This document shows positions 50,242 through 62,689 of a stretch of DNA of 64,000 nucleotides, piece after piece. This DNA comes from Calcarisporiella thermophila CBS 279.70 (Eukaryota > Fungi > Calcarisporiellomycota). The notes beneath the pieces were generated by a model. The model searched no databases. It worked only from the letters and a program-made list of their open reading frames with translations, and was not told the DNA's origin. A program made the translations under genes and the position numbers. Where the stretch lies: positions 261,926 to 325,925 of the forward strand of contig NW_027192213.1 of NCBI RefSeq assembly GCF_041956535.1, written 5' to 3'. Numbering within the stretch: the stretch's first letter is position 1; every line of letters begins with the position of its first letter.

Positions 50242-53016
50242 ATGGAAGAGGAGTCGTCCTTACAACGGAGCAGGAGTAGCCGAGCATGTGATCAATGCCG
50301 ACGTAAGAAAATTCGGTGTAATATAAAGCAGAATGCGTCCGTTTGTTCAAATTGTGAACAAAATAACATTGAGTGCACGTTCAATGACTCAACGAAGAAG
50401 AGAGGCCCACCAAAAGGGTAAGTGTTAAAGACAAGAAGAAATTGATTATTTTAGACCGATATATGACGACTTCGTCATTGGTAGCTATATCGAGGCTCTA
50501 GAAAGTCGATTACGAAGAATGGAGAATGTGATAATGCAGAGCATTATTGAGAAGACTTCCTTGGACGAAGAGAAGCGAGTCGATCTTGACAAAATTCGCC
50601 AGGAGATTGAAAACACACCCACACTATTTTCATTAAAAGACAATCCAATACGAAAGACCAGAGCTAAACAAAACACCAACCAACAACTACCCATTCATAC
50701 TTCCTCCCCACTCTCGACAATTAACTGTAATAACTTCGAGCAGAGCTCCAGTGATGATAACGAAGACGATGACAGTGAAATGTCTTCTCGAATGGAGCAA
50801 CTTTATCTAGAAAATAGCTCGAGCCTGAGTTATTTAGACGATCCGCATGATGTAGTGTTTGAGACTGCACTAGGGCCTAACAAGCCGACGGGTATGTTTG
50901 AACTTCCCATGCTCCATACTAAAGGTGTGCAAGTGTTTGCGTCAAGAACTGCTAGGAGTACGAATACATTCCTGGTGTTGAGGCAAAAGGAGGAAGAGCC
51001 AATTGAGAAGATTATCGATATGCCGCCAAAGGAGATTTCCGATTCCTTGATAGACGCGTATTTTACCCCTTGTTGATGGCTTCACATTGGTTTTACTCGC
51101 TCTAACCAGATTTCTGTATTATAGATACTTTGAACGTATCCATTCTTTTATTCCTGTGCTTCATAAAACACAATTTCTCAAACAGTATCGCGGTGAGATC
51201 GAACCATTTCCTTCCCGTTTTCTCCTAAATTGCATATTCTCGATCGCATCCCATTTCTGCAATCTACCAGACTTGGGCATGAATGTGTCTAATAATGGTG
51301 GGCATGGTGGAGCATTCATGGCCAGCATTTTTCGAGAGCGTGCACAAAAGTATATCTCCCTGAATCCAAATATCTCGAACTTATCTTACTTACAAGGGCT
51401 GATAATACTGATGGGTGGCGAGCGAATTTACAACCCTATGCAGAAGACCATTTCGCTCTCGGGAACCGTAATTTGCCTTGCACTAATGTTCAGTATTAGC
51501 ACACTGCTTTATTGATTGAGATCTTATTGTTCCTCTAGGCTGCGAAAGTGGCTCATGAGCTGGGACTGCATCGCTCTACTAAATTGCTCTTCTCACCCGC
51601 AGAGATGGAGACTCGCCGGCGGACTTGGTGGACGCTTTATCAATTAGATCGAGAAAACAGTGCCCTTACTGGTCGCCCTATGATTTTCCACGATATGGGT
51701 GAGATAGCCTTATTTTTTGGTATGCATTCTCTCACTTCTTACTTAAATTTACTTTGCTTGGTGTGCTTTTCCAACCAGACTGTGATGTTGATTTCCCCTC
51801 CGAATATGATATTGACGAAGAAGACACCTCAATTTCATCAGAGAGCCAGACTCGAATATATAAGCGTACGCTTACTTCGCTCTATTTTCACCATTGTAGC
51901 AAACTTTGTAAAATTGTTGGCCGGATACTTTCTGCACTGTGTACGCCTGCTGGTCAAAAACTCACTGCTGCGGGTGCGCATGAGCCCGTAGTACAGCAGC
52001 TTCTCCAAGAACTCCGAGAATGGCGCACTAGCCTTCCACCCGAGCTGGCATTTGACGACGACGAAATTAAAGTTACGCGTGGTGCATCTCATTTTTCTGA
52101 TATTCTACAAATCACTTACTCACTAGTCCGCATGCGGCTTCATCGAGCATGTCTACGCGCTGAAAAGCACACAAATGCAAACTCTCCCGCTCTTCTCTCG
52201 CTTTGGCAATTCAGTTACCAAACTGTACGTGCTCTGGAACTTGTAATTAAGAAGCAGGGTATATATATAGCCGAGATGATGTTTGCATCCACATCCGTTT
52301 GGCTTCTCTTTCTGAACACAGGAAGAATTAGAGGCAGCGATGTGCCTCCCGAAGTTCTACTGCATTTCACCCGTATTTTAGTACTTGCAGTGCGTTTACT
52401 GAAAAGGTGTAGCTACCGGGAAAGCTTTTTCAAATTTTTCAAGTAGGTGCAATACAGAATGAGCTACTAAATACGATCAATTTATGCTAAACGAATATTT
52501 CCTTGAATATTTAGTTTTATCTTAGCGTACCATAGAATTCGCCTAGACCGCGACCTGTGGGACTCCGTCGTTGCTGAGTTTATGCCCTATTTTGGAGATT
52601 TTGACGACGAATGTGTGGCCGAATCCTTCATGGACCCAGATATAGTGCTTCAGAAATTCATGTCGAAAAGTGTTCTTGCATCCTCACAAAACCCAATTTC
52701 CTTCTCTCATTCTTCGTCTAACCCCTCCAATGGAATCCATTTTTCTCTCGAGTCGAGCTCAGAGCCCCCACGCAAACGTGTTCACGCCGAGTCTGAAGAT
52801 GCTTCAGCCGGTCCCGTGAACTTCACAAGAACCTTCTCGCCCGTGTCCTTAGCAAGTCAACCTGACTTTACCTTTGATCCATCGCTGCTGTTGAATACCC
52901 ACGTATATGGGACAGGCCTCAATAACCAGCTTCTAGCCACATTTATGGACTCTTCCGTTCCAACACAAATGAATGACCTATTGAATGAATTTGGATATGG
53001 ACAAAATTTAGGATGA
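50242..53016 (+). CDS. Zn(II)2Cys6 fungal transcription factor with fungal-specific TF (MHR) domain
   Basis: RACDQCRRKKIRC..CSNCEQNNIECTF..KKRGPPKG|YIEALESRL; YFERIHSFIPVLHK; AHELGLHR; ETRRRTWWTLYQLDR..GRP. Confidence 0.94.
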
Positions 53017-53622
53017 GGAGTCACATACAAATAGAATCGAAGGCTAAGAATATCGTTGACAACAAGCGTGTGGTTTTCTTTATTCTTTCTTTTACTCTTG
53101 TTCGTTATACGCTCGTATATTTTCAGGGCGCTTCGTTTCTGTTATGTACCCACTATTAAAAACCCGTTTGCTTAGAATGTCCACCGCCTATATACCTCCT
53201 ATATCTACATAAAGATCAGTAAAATCTTATTATAGTGGATCAGGGAAAACTTAGCTATAATATTTGTAACGCTTTAAATATAATATTCATTCCCTAACGT
53301 TGCACATCTCTGCATGTAATTTTCCATCAAGGAATGGCTATTATTTAATGGACTCTAATTAGCATATATTAATCCTTCCATAATACCTGTGCAAGTTTTT
53401 GTACTCTCACTCCAGGTGAAACGCCTCGTCAGATCTTAAAACGATCATACCCTTAGAATAGGCCTGTTCTTTGTGCTCCGCAGACTCTCTGACCACTAAA
53501 CATGAAGTATTCAGTTGATTTTCTTTTATTTGTATTGCTCCCGGGTACACTTTATAGTGAAAACATGATCCCCGCCTATATACAGAGAAATAGTGGAAGA
53601 TATTCGGAGTATGAAAATAAGC

Positions 53623-53630
53623 TGACGTCA
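53623..53630. promoter_or_regulatory. CRE/ATF site TGACGTCA about 80 bp upstream of COX13
   Basis: gcTGACGTCAc read directly; function inferred. Confidence 0.4.
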
Positions 53631-53710
53631 CTCCGTCTTTCACCCCAGACATTTTTATTCAATCTCCTCTATCTCTCCGTTAGTTATTCATACTCAACTG
53701 ACTTTTTGCG

Positions 53711-54276
53711 ATGGTTTCCCCTTTAATTATTGCAGCACGCCGAGTGGCTCCCACCATTCGCGCCTCGGGAATGCGATATTCGTCCTCTACCTCAGCAGCA
53801 AATTTTGCTGCTGAACGGGATGGTATTAAGAAGCACGCTGGCGGTAAGATTGTTGTTTCTTATCAATGGATGGATTGGAGACGAAATCTGGGTGGTGGCC
53901 AAATTTATTTTAAAGCATGCATTAATTCATGTATTCGATTATATCGGAACCATTGCACCTGTAGAAGCTGCTAGCTTGTGGCGCAAAATCTCGATTTTTG
54001 TCTGTGTGCCAGCCCTTACGCTTGCCGGCATCAACGCATATAATCTTGCTATGGAACATGCAGAGCACATGAAGCACCATGAAGATGAAGAAAAGGTTAT
54101 TTATCCGCACATGAAGATCCGTTCAAAGCAGTTCTTCTGGGGTGGTAAGGATTATATTATCTCAGTAGGATTTATGAACAGCATTTAATCTAATTTTCCT
54201 GGCTCTCTCTTTGTATACTATTGCTATAGACGGGGACACCTCCCTCTTCCACAACCCCAAGGTCAATTTCACTTAA
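53711..54276 (+). CDS. COX13: Cytochrome c oxidase subunit 6A, 3 exons
   Basis: NFAAERDGIKKHAG|EAASLWRKISIFV..EHAEH..YPHMKIRSKQFFWG|DGDTSLFHNPKVN. Confidence 0.96.
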
Positions 54277-54699
54277 ATCTACGAGGTTTCCTAGTGATGT
54301 CTCGGGCAGGAAATCTGTTTTGTCTTGATATGCCCATATGTGAATGGATTTTACATTACCAGCAAATAAATAAACAACTTTTACTACTATATCAAAGAGT
54401 TTTATCTCACTATATTTTTGTTATATTTATAAATAACTAAAAGAAAAAAAAAAGGAAATAGTTTAGAGGAATAAATAAATAAATTCTATGTAAAAAAAGA
54501 ATCTTTTCTCTCATCTTTCGAAAAAAGAGGAAAGGAATAAAGAAAAAATACACGTATCAGTTATAAAAAGAAATAGAAATGGATATAAGCTGGATATTTA
54601 AAGGTAATAGCAGACAAGAAAAAGTATAGAAGAAAGTTTATCAGACTATAAGGCTAAGAGAAAAATATTAAGGATATGAAAGGGGAGGGCGGAAAAAGC

Positions 54700-56673
54700 C
54701 TATAAGTTTGAAGTGGATCGCTCTCCGTCCAACTTCAATGCGATTGACATCTGCCCGCCGGCAACCATGGGTCCAGATCCAGCGCCGGATCGCATAGCTA
54801 GAGGCGCATCTTCTCCTGTTTCAGCAGATGTGGGTGGGGTGGGAGCCATGGTTAACGAGGCAGTCGTTGGTGGAGTGGAAATAGGAGGAGTCGACCCTCG
54901 AGAAATGGTGGGCTCAGGGTAGGGGTGAAACCGCGTTTGCAATCCTTCAAGTTTAGAGGGCCTGGACGCCTTTGTCTTACCGCGGGCGATGGAGCGCGAG
55001 TAACGCAGGCCGCAAGCATTACAAAGAGTCTTGTGTCCAGTAGGGCCTTTACGCCATTCAGGACTGTTGCTGGTGCCGCAACTCTCGCATACTTTTCGGA
55101 AGACAGCAGCACGGTACATCGCGTCTGCATAGACTTGAGTTTGGGCTGGTCCCGTCGCTGCCGTTGCCCCACCTTCAATGTAGGGGGGCGGGGGGGGATA
55201 CTGCGGATGTGTCGGAGACGCAGGCGACACACGCCGAGCGTATGGGATAAGGGGCTGTGAGCGATCACCGGGGGGAGAGTTGCGCCTCTCTTCGTAATTT
55301 GGAGGGGGTGCGTAAACGAAGGTAAGGTTCTGCTTCGGGTCTATAACTCCACCTGGCATCAACTGAGGCGACCCGTGACCAACCGGGGCCGCAGCAGCCC
55401 CTATTTTCTGATGACCAACGGTGGGCGATGGCAGGCTTCCTCCTGCAGCGGCTGCAGCGGCTGCGGCAGCTGAGGCATGGTTCATTGCCACCGCCACGGC
55501 AGACAGTTTATTTAACATTGCCAGCGGTTCAGTGGGCGAAAGGACCGTTGTTGGGATGATCTCGAAACTTACAAAAGTTAAGGAGCCATACGGAATCACG
55601 ACTCCTTCAATCAGGCGTGTTACCCCATGAGCATAGGTAAGGGCTTGCTTAGCTGTATATCGCTTCATGCATGCGGCACGTCCTGTGTTGGGTCCAAAGC
55701 TCAAGTCTGTGAGACGGTTACGGGCAAATGATGAAGGTGAGCTTAGCTCCTTAGCTAAGCGAGCTAGATCATCCGGGCGGCAGTCAACTCCTATGGTCTG
55801 GCTACCTGGGAAAGGTAAAGGATTATCTGCCACGGGTCCGAGATTTGCCCCTGGCCACGTTAAAAGTAGTTCGCCGCTTTTTGTGTCGAGAATCTGAAAG
55901 ATGCGCATTGGGGATGTAACAAAAAAAGTCCCCTCCGGATCTACGGAAAAAGGCCTGTGCTTTCTATCCTTCTCAGTCACCGTGCGCTCAAGTGAATCCA
56001 ATATACTTTGGATATCCTGTTTCAAAAATACGTTAATGATTCTTATTAGACTCTTGTGATATAAAAAAGGTAAATAGCACACCAACCTCCTGATTAAAAA
56101 TTGCCTCGCCGCATATTTCTATTTTGTTTTCAACTGGTGGTTTGGTGATCTCCGGAACTTCTATGAATAACACACAGCTTATGAATAGGAAAACAGTATA
56201 AGTGTATGTATTATTGTTGATACGAAATTTACCCAAATGAAAGAAAGCCAAGACGACATGGTCGCTGACCACATTCATCACCACATCCAAAACAATGTAT
56301 TCTTCTTCTTTCTGTTTGGTTGCTTTGCCATCCGATAGCTGACTCAGATTACGATAGCGACATCTGTTTCATTTAAGATTCGGACAATCAATGTTAAAGA
56401 ATAATCGGGGGGAGGTAATAAATCAAAATCGTACCTGGTCACCGATCCAAACAGTGAGCGTGTATTCAGGAAGTTTGTGAGATCCGCCCGTGCATAACAG
56501 GACTCTTCGGGATGCACAAAATCAAAAAATGAACGGCCAATTAAAGGAAGTGCATCGGTTGCAAAGAGAGAGACAAATGCTGGGCACAGGTAATAAAAAC
56601 GCAAGTCATTGGCAGAGAGCAAAGCCCAAAAGCAAGTACGGATGGGAGATTTAACCACGTTGGTAGGATGCAT
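54700..56673 (-). CDS. PAS-domain GATA zinc-finger transcription factor, multi-exon
   Basis: N-terminal PAS-like [14 protein letters not shown]; GATA finger [30 protein letters not shown]; first AUG (MHPT) at 56673. Confidence 0.9.
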
Positions 56674-58353
56674 GGAAGGAAGGGATGTTCTTGGTGAAGT
56701 ATACAACGTTGGTTGCCTCGTACTCTTGGATCGAGAGGACCAACTTTGTTTATGGAAAAGGAAGGAAATTGGATTAAAAGAATTTTTATGAGGAAGATTG
56801 AGCAGTTATAATTAGGAGGTTGATTATGCGCAGGCTCGAGGGGTAACTACCAGTATATGTAGAGGGGGGTATAGCTTGAAAGAGAAGAAAAGAAAAAAGA
56901 TTTAAAGGTTCATAGGTGAACTCAAAAAGTGATGAGAAAGCGAGTAGAAAGAAAGAGTACGAAAAAAGAAAATAAAGAAATACGAGGCTGCGACTGCGAT
57001 CGGTTGGCCCAGTGATTTTGATCAAAAGAAAAAAAATAATAAAATCTCTCGCTCGTTCCCACCCTATTTTCTCATTCAGGGCGGGCGCTCCCTCATCGCC
57101 CACATCGGCCCACTTTCTTCCCCCAATGCTACCGATGCACTCAGGACATATATATTCCCAAGATCGAAGCGCTCGATCACACTTCACCTTGCTGTGTCTT
57201 TCTCACTATAGAAGCAAACGGAAGATCACGCTAACGCTTTGAACTTTACCTTCTGCTAACCTAACCTACTATTGTGTATTCCTCGGTTCCTGTGCGCTTG
57301 TCGACACTAAATCGAGCACAAACCAATGGGATCTTCGAAAATAAGGCTGAGTCCATATTAAGGTAAAAAATCAATCGAAATAAATTTAGATTATTAATAG
57401 CTTACAGTAACAACCGGGAGCCACGAATCGTGAACACGCACGCCAGAGAAACTATGTGCGAATTTTGGTTGTGCACAATTTTCAAGCCGAGTGTGAGCGG
57501 CTATGTGGGGACCAACGTATGTCTTTTGTTACTTGATTACTCGGAATGGCAAAGGTGAATATGCCTAGAGAAAACAGGTATAACAAGCACCAAACGAAGT
57601 TTGAGAGATGACAAGAATGGCTCAAACTCCAAGGATGCATTAAATATTTTCAATGTTTATGTGTATAATCGTCCGCTTTCTTCCTAAAAGCATGCCACCA
57701 TGCCATCATTATTATATACTGTATGTCCACTTGAATATAAAGTTCCCATAAACGGAACTACCTTTTAAGGGTATCCTTAAGCTCATCCCTCATCCCATAC
57801 CAAAGAATCATAGTGCTATTAATGCTGGATAGGGGGAAATGGTTATTAACGCGTATATGCAAGTGCTTTGTCCTCTATTTTGAGGCATGATGTAAGGGTT
57901 ATGTTGTATGCAACACAATATACAACCCATTTTCTAACGCAATAAGCTACTCTATTTAACCATACTGATTTGTATTACTTAAATTCACTTGAAATTTTTT
58001 GAAACACATCACAGTGCAGATATATTCTGACAATAACAAAGGTATGGCCTAATGCAAACTAAAAATATATAAATGAATGAAGTGGGGTTTCAAAAATATT
58101 AATCACATTTCAAATGCGATCAATATGTGGTAGCTCTGATAGCTACAATTGTCCGCAGAATTGCACTAGCAAGACACACGAATCTACTCAGGTGCTGATA
58201 ACTTTTCGGAGATAAAAAACCAAATACCATATATGATCCGTCAGCCCACAATTGATTAATATCTTTGCCAGAAATGATAAGCATGCTAGCCCATTGCTCT
58301 GAAGAGAATATAAGCAATTCTAGGCAACATAGTCAATTACGGCAATCAATTCT

Positions 58354-59762
58354 CTAAATTATCTTCAAGCTTATATAAAGCGGGACATCTTTTAACACTA
58401 GTGAATGATTCATTGCATAGCCACTTCCTAGGCTTACATCTAAATTAAGGTTCAATTCCGCCTTTACGTAGAAAACTCATGGAATTATTACTAAGGCTGT
58501 TATGAAAACTGCCGCGAATTTTCAAACATACTAACTTACCTTGAAGTTTCTATTGTACAAGAATATGGGTCGGAAGGGAACCCTCAATTCAATGGGTGGC
58601 AAATTTGAGCGCTGCTTCGGTGGAATAATACTTCCTCCGAAATTTATATCGAAATCCATTTTAACCTTGTTTTCAATAAGGATATACCCATTTACACGAT
58701 TGAAAACTATGGGGACGCTGAACATGTTATTTATCTTCACATGTGCCTTTGCTAAATGGTTGATGAAGTAGCCCATTGTCGGAAAGGCGTCGATGCGTGA
58801 AATGAAACTCTCTTTCAACGAAGGCAGACTGACCATGATATTCCACCCGTTCAATGCTGGCTTCAACAGATCTATGTCCGTCGTATTATACGATCCAATG
58901 GCAGTGAGTTTGGACGGTTTTTGCTCAACATAAGCTTTGATCAGTTCATTGGCAGCGGTAAGCTCCTCTCCTTGGGGATCAAAATTCATGCTCGCATTTA
59001 TCGTATTCACTCTATTAATCAGATTGAGGTTCGGTATTAACACAGTACCCACTCTCTTGTCGGCGAAAATAATGTTAAAAACTAGATTGCCCACTGAAGC
59101 TTCAAGCCCAGTAGGGTTCTCCATGATACCCGATATTGCGCAGATCATCTTCTCTGGTGTTGCTCCCGTGATATCAAAGCTTGTAACTTTATATGGTATT
59201 CCGTTGAATCGGTTAAGACCTGGAAAGTTAATCATGAACTCGAATTCCTTTGGTGTTCCTTGAGCCACACTCGTAGAAATCACATAGCTTCCTCGCAATT
59301 TCAGTGCAACTTCAGGCTCTCTTATTATCGATTTGTAAAAATTGGCGGCAGGGACGACTTGAGCTCCGTCAGTCAATACTGGGACGTCCTTGAAACGGGA
59401 AATAAAGCGAGTTGGACTTACAACAGTAACATTATGGTCATTAAAAGAGAAGCTAGAGACGGCGATATTGCTTTTTACAATGGTAATATTGATATGAAAG
59501 TCAGTTATGGGATCTGTGTTGGGAGAATGACTGAACTCAATCTGTTTAGACGATATCAGTGGCTCAGAAGAGTTGCTGGACGTAAAAGCAAATGCGATAT
59601 GCTTGACTGCTATGTAGGAAATAGACACGTCGCCTTTAAGTTGAATAGAGATCTGGTACATTAGCAGAAGTAAAATATTTGAACATGAAAATATATCTAA
59701 CCTCTCACTGAATTTATAATGAAAAGGACAAGCAAAGCAATATAAAGAGCAGAATATTGCAT
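58354..59762 (-). CDS. Secreted DUF3712/Tag1-like (LEA2-like repeat) protein, 3 exons
   Basis: Signal exon MQYSALYIALLVLFIINSVR|; ENPTGLEASVGNLVFNI..VGTVLIPNLNL..; GSYNTTDIDLLKPAL; terminal exon AELNLNLDVSLGSGY..KDVPLYISLKII*. Confidence 0.75.
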
Positions 59763-60959
59763 TTTAGTGCATTTGATCTATGAATGAAAATAATTCAAGC
59801 AAGTTGTGTTTATTTATGGGTAGAATGACAAGGGCATCTATGAAACCAAATGGAAATTCGCATATATTGCTATCCCCGGCTTTAAATGATTTTTTTTATC
59901 CTTCAATTAGCCCATATAAAACACCATTGAATGATCAAATGTTTGTAAATAGTAAATATATACATCATGGTATGTTAAATATATATGAACACTATTTAAA
60001 GTCTGTGATATTAGAATTGTCTCATAACAAGATATACTATTAAGTGTTAATCGAGTATAAGCATGTACAATTCCAAATTTGGTAATCCCTTGGCCAAATA
60101 ATTTTTTATAGGATATGAATCGAATTTACGGCCAAGTATAAGAGTGATGCTATAAACGGAAGCTAGAGATTTAATTAGAAAAAAAAATTGATAGAGAGTT
60201 TCTTAAATTTGTTTTGTAAATAATTATTGTTGTGCTTGACTATTCATTTATAAGAACACAACTCAGTAGGTGGGAAAAGAGTATATTTGCGGCTAATGAG
60301 TTTAAGTTCCGCTGAAGTTAATCTATGTAGTCGCAAGGAAACAGTAAGATGGTTTCATCCAAAAGATAATATCGAGTAATAGCTGCAGATTTATTGATAG
60401 TTCCAATATTCAGAAGCTCATATTGTCTCGGAAAGTGATCTATTATCAATTGCAAAAATGGAATTTACGGAAATGGTCGATAATGCGGGAAAAAGTCAGT
60501 AATCCTTTATATTGCCCGAAGTTTACTCCACTATATTACCATCTGTGGCATATGCAAAAAAGTGTAATATAAGCGAAGCTAAAAGGCTATTTAAATCAAT
60601 TGATTCCTATGCGGATAAATGGTACGATTAAAGAACTACATGATTCTAAGAAACTCGATTAAGTTTAAGTTGACCACAGGGAGTACTTGAAAGAGGCTGA
60701 GGAAAACCTATTTACCGTACAATAGCCAAAGGTTCTGGGATTGCTTTTAAATTTTGCTTATAAACCGCTTTAACTGAGCTTTGCATTGAGCGATGAACGA
60801 GCGTGTAGACTAGTCCAAAACTCTGTATAAACTTTTTTCTCATTAAAGATATAGACCGTCTGTTCAATACACTCACCTAGAAATCTATAAATACCCCACT
60901 ATAACAAGACAAAATGTTTCTATAACAACCTCTCGCTTATTACCTCATCTCTCTGTAAT

Positions 60960-61214
60960 ATGCAGAAAGCAATTTTTGCCTACCTACTTTTGAGTCTCTT
61001 CTCCGTGGTTTTTGCTGGTCGCTGCTGGTATCCAGCCGATAAATGCCCAGGTGAAAGTTATACCGGTCAGGCCACTCGGGAATGTTGTATTAAGACAGGC
61101 GGGACAGTGCACGGGTCAGGAAGAAATGTAGAATGCAGCTACGCGGGAGGAAAGTTTAGGAAGTGCTGCCAGTCAGACTACGACTGTGATTCTGGATTGG
61201 TGAAGAGCGAGTAA
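60960..61214 (+). CDS. Small secreted cysteine-rich protein (84 aa, 8 Cys), KP6-like motif spacing
   Basis: Signal peptide MQKAIFAYLLLSLFSVVFA; C-x6-C-x12-CC-x15-C-x9-CC-x5-C; TATAAATA about 70 bp upstream; AATAAA downstream. Confidence 0.85.
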   Translation: MQKAIFAYLLLSLFSVVFAGRCWYPADKCPGESYTGQATRECCIKTGGTVHGSGRNVECSYAGGKFRKCCQSDYDCDSGLVKSE

Positions 61215-61953
61215 TTATTTGATTGCTTTATTCTTTGACTGGCATATCAGAACTATTAAACTGGTACTGAATATTAATAAATGATGTTCAATATTTGTAT
61301 TAAAGTAATTGCCAAATGAATTGTATCTTAGTTACTACAAAAGCAGCACAGACCAATTCCACCACACTTTTATTCGTGTACCTTTGACCTAGAGAGCTAC
61401 ATTATACATCATAGAAGAGTAGATGAAATAACAATGAGGCTAAAAAATCGAGCTAACTATTATTAACTAATATAATTTGACGCAATATTTCACTATAATT
61501 TTCTTTCTCTCTGAAATCTAAACTCTTACGCCAACTCCTAACGATGATGTCTACTCTTGCAGAAAGTTTAGCAACGTACGTAGCTGTTGGCCTAACGATT
61601 TTCCGATCCGAGTGCGCATCGATATCTAGGCGATTGATGTATATTGAAATCTACGCGTCTTGTTAATAAAAAGGAATTCTTGAGAAATGTCGTCTAACGG
61701 TAGAGCTTATAAAAGATTAGAAAAAGTCTTTTAAACTGCTTGTAAACATAATAAGACAATGCTTAGCATTGTACGCTGATGAATAGATAAAGCATTCATT
61801 ATTGAATGTCGTTCCCATCCATCTTTTCCCCGACTGAATATTGGACTACTTAACGGCTAATGAATTACTCTCTTAAATATCTATAAGTATTCCCTATGTT
61901 CAGATCAATATACTTCGATAACAACCACCGGTTATTTTGATTCATCTCTGAAA

Positions 61954-62100
61954 ATGTATAGAATAATCATTGCCTACCTATTGTTGGCTCTTTCTCCCAT
62001 GGATATAATTGGTCATTGCTGGTAACCTGGTGTTAGGTGCCTTGGCAGATTGGTAGAGCGAGCTACTTTACGGTGCTGCCCTTAAGAAATGCAGACAAAT
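61954..62100 (+). pseudogene. Decayed tandem paralog of the 60960 secreted Cys-rich protein
   Basis: MYRIIIAYLLLALSPMDIIGHCW*PGVRCLGRLVERATLRCCP* aligns to MQKAIFAYLLLSLFSVVFAGRCWYPADKCPG..QATRECCI; TAA at 62023 replaces Tyr; similar upstream TATA/leader. Confidence 0.8.
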
Positions 62101-62689
62101 GAGTTTTTGAGTTAGCTTAAGTTATTTATGTAGTTATGTTTTATCTCCCATTCAATTATACTTTTCGGTTCTCAAACATATTTTTAATTTTCTCAGAATC
62201 TAAAAAGCAAGTAATTTTGAAACCGAATTTTAATGCTGAGTTTGGAAATCGAAACACCATTTTTTAATATTTCCTAAAATAAGTAGATGTCAATTGCAAT
62301 CATAATTGCATATTATTATACTTACTAGCTCTAGCAGTATTCTACTTTCATATCTATAATCTCACCGATTTCCACTTGTATTGAATACACCTCTTTGTAA
62401 AGGAGATATAGTAAAGGCGTAGAAATTTTACGGTTTACACAATCTTTATACATGTAAGCAACAATTGTCACAGCAATATGTCTGATTTCAATTACATGAA
62501 TATTATATGCAGTTACGGGACATTCCACTTTCAACCAGTGTATATTGAATTTTTTTTTGGATATTACGCTTCTTGTTTCTTTTCTCTGATTTATTACTTT
62601 CAATCAGGCTGCCTATAAATATTAAAAAAAAATTGGACACACATAGAATCTGAAATAATAGATAACAAGATATGATTAGAGTAGTTCAC

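Noticed and set aside
60960-61214. Hydrophobin
   Set aside because: Cys order is C-C-CC-C-CC-C rather than C-CC-C-C-CC-C, and the mature peptide is hydrophilic.
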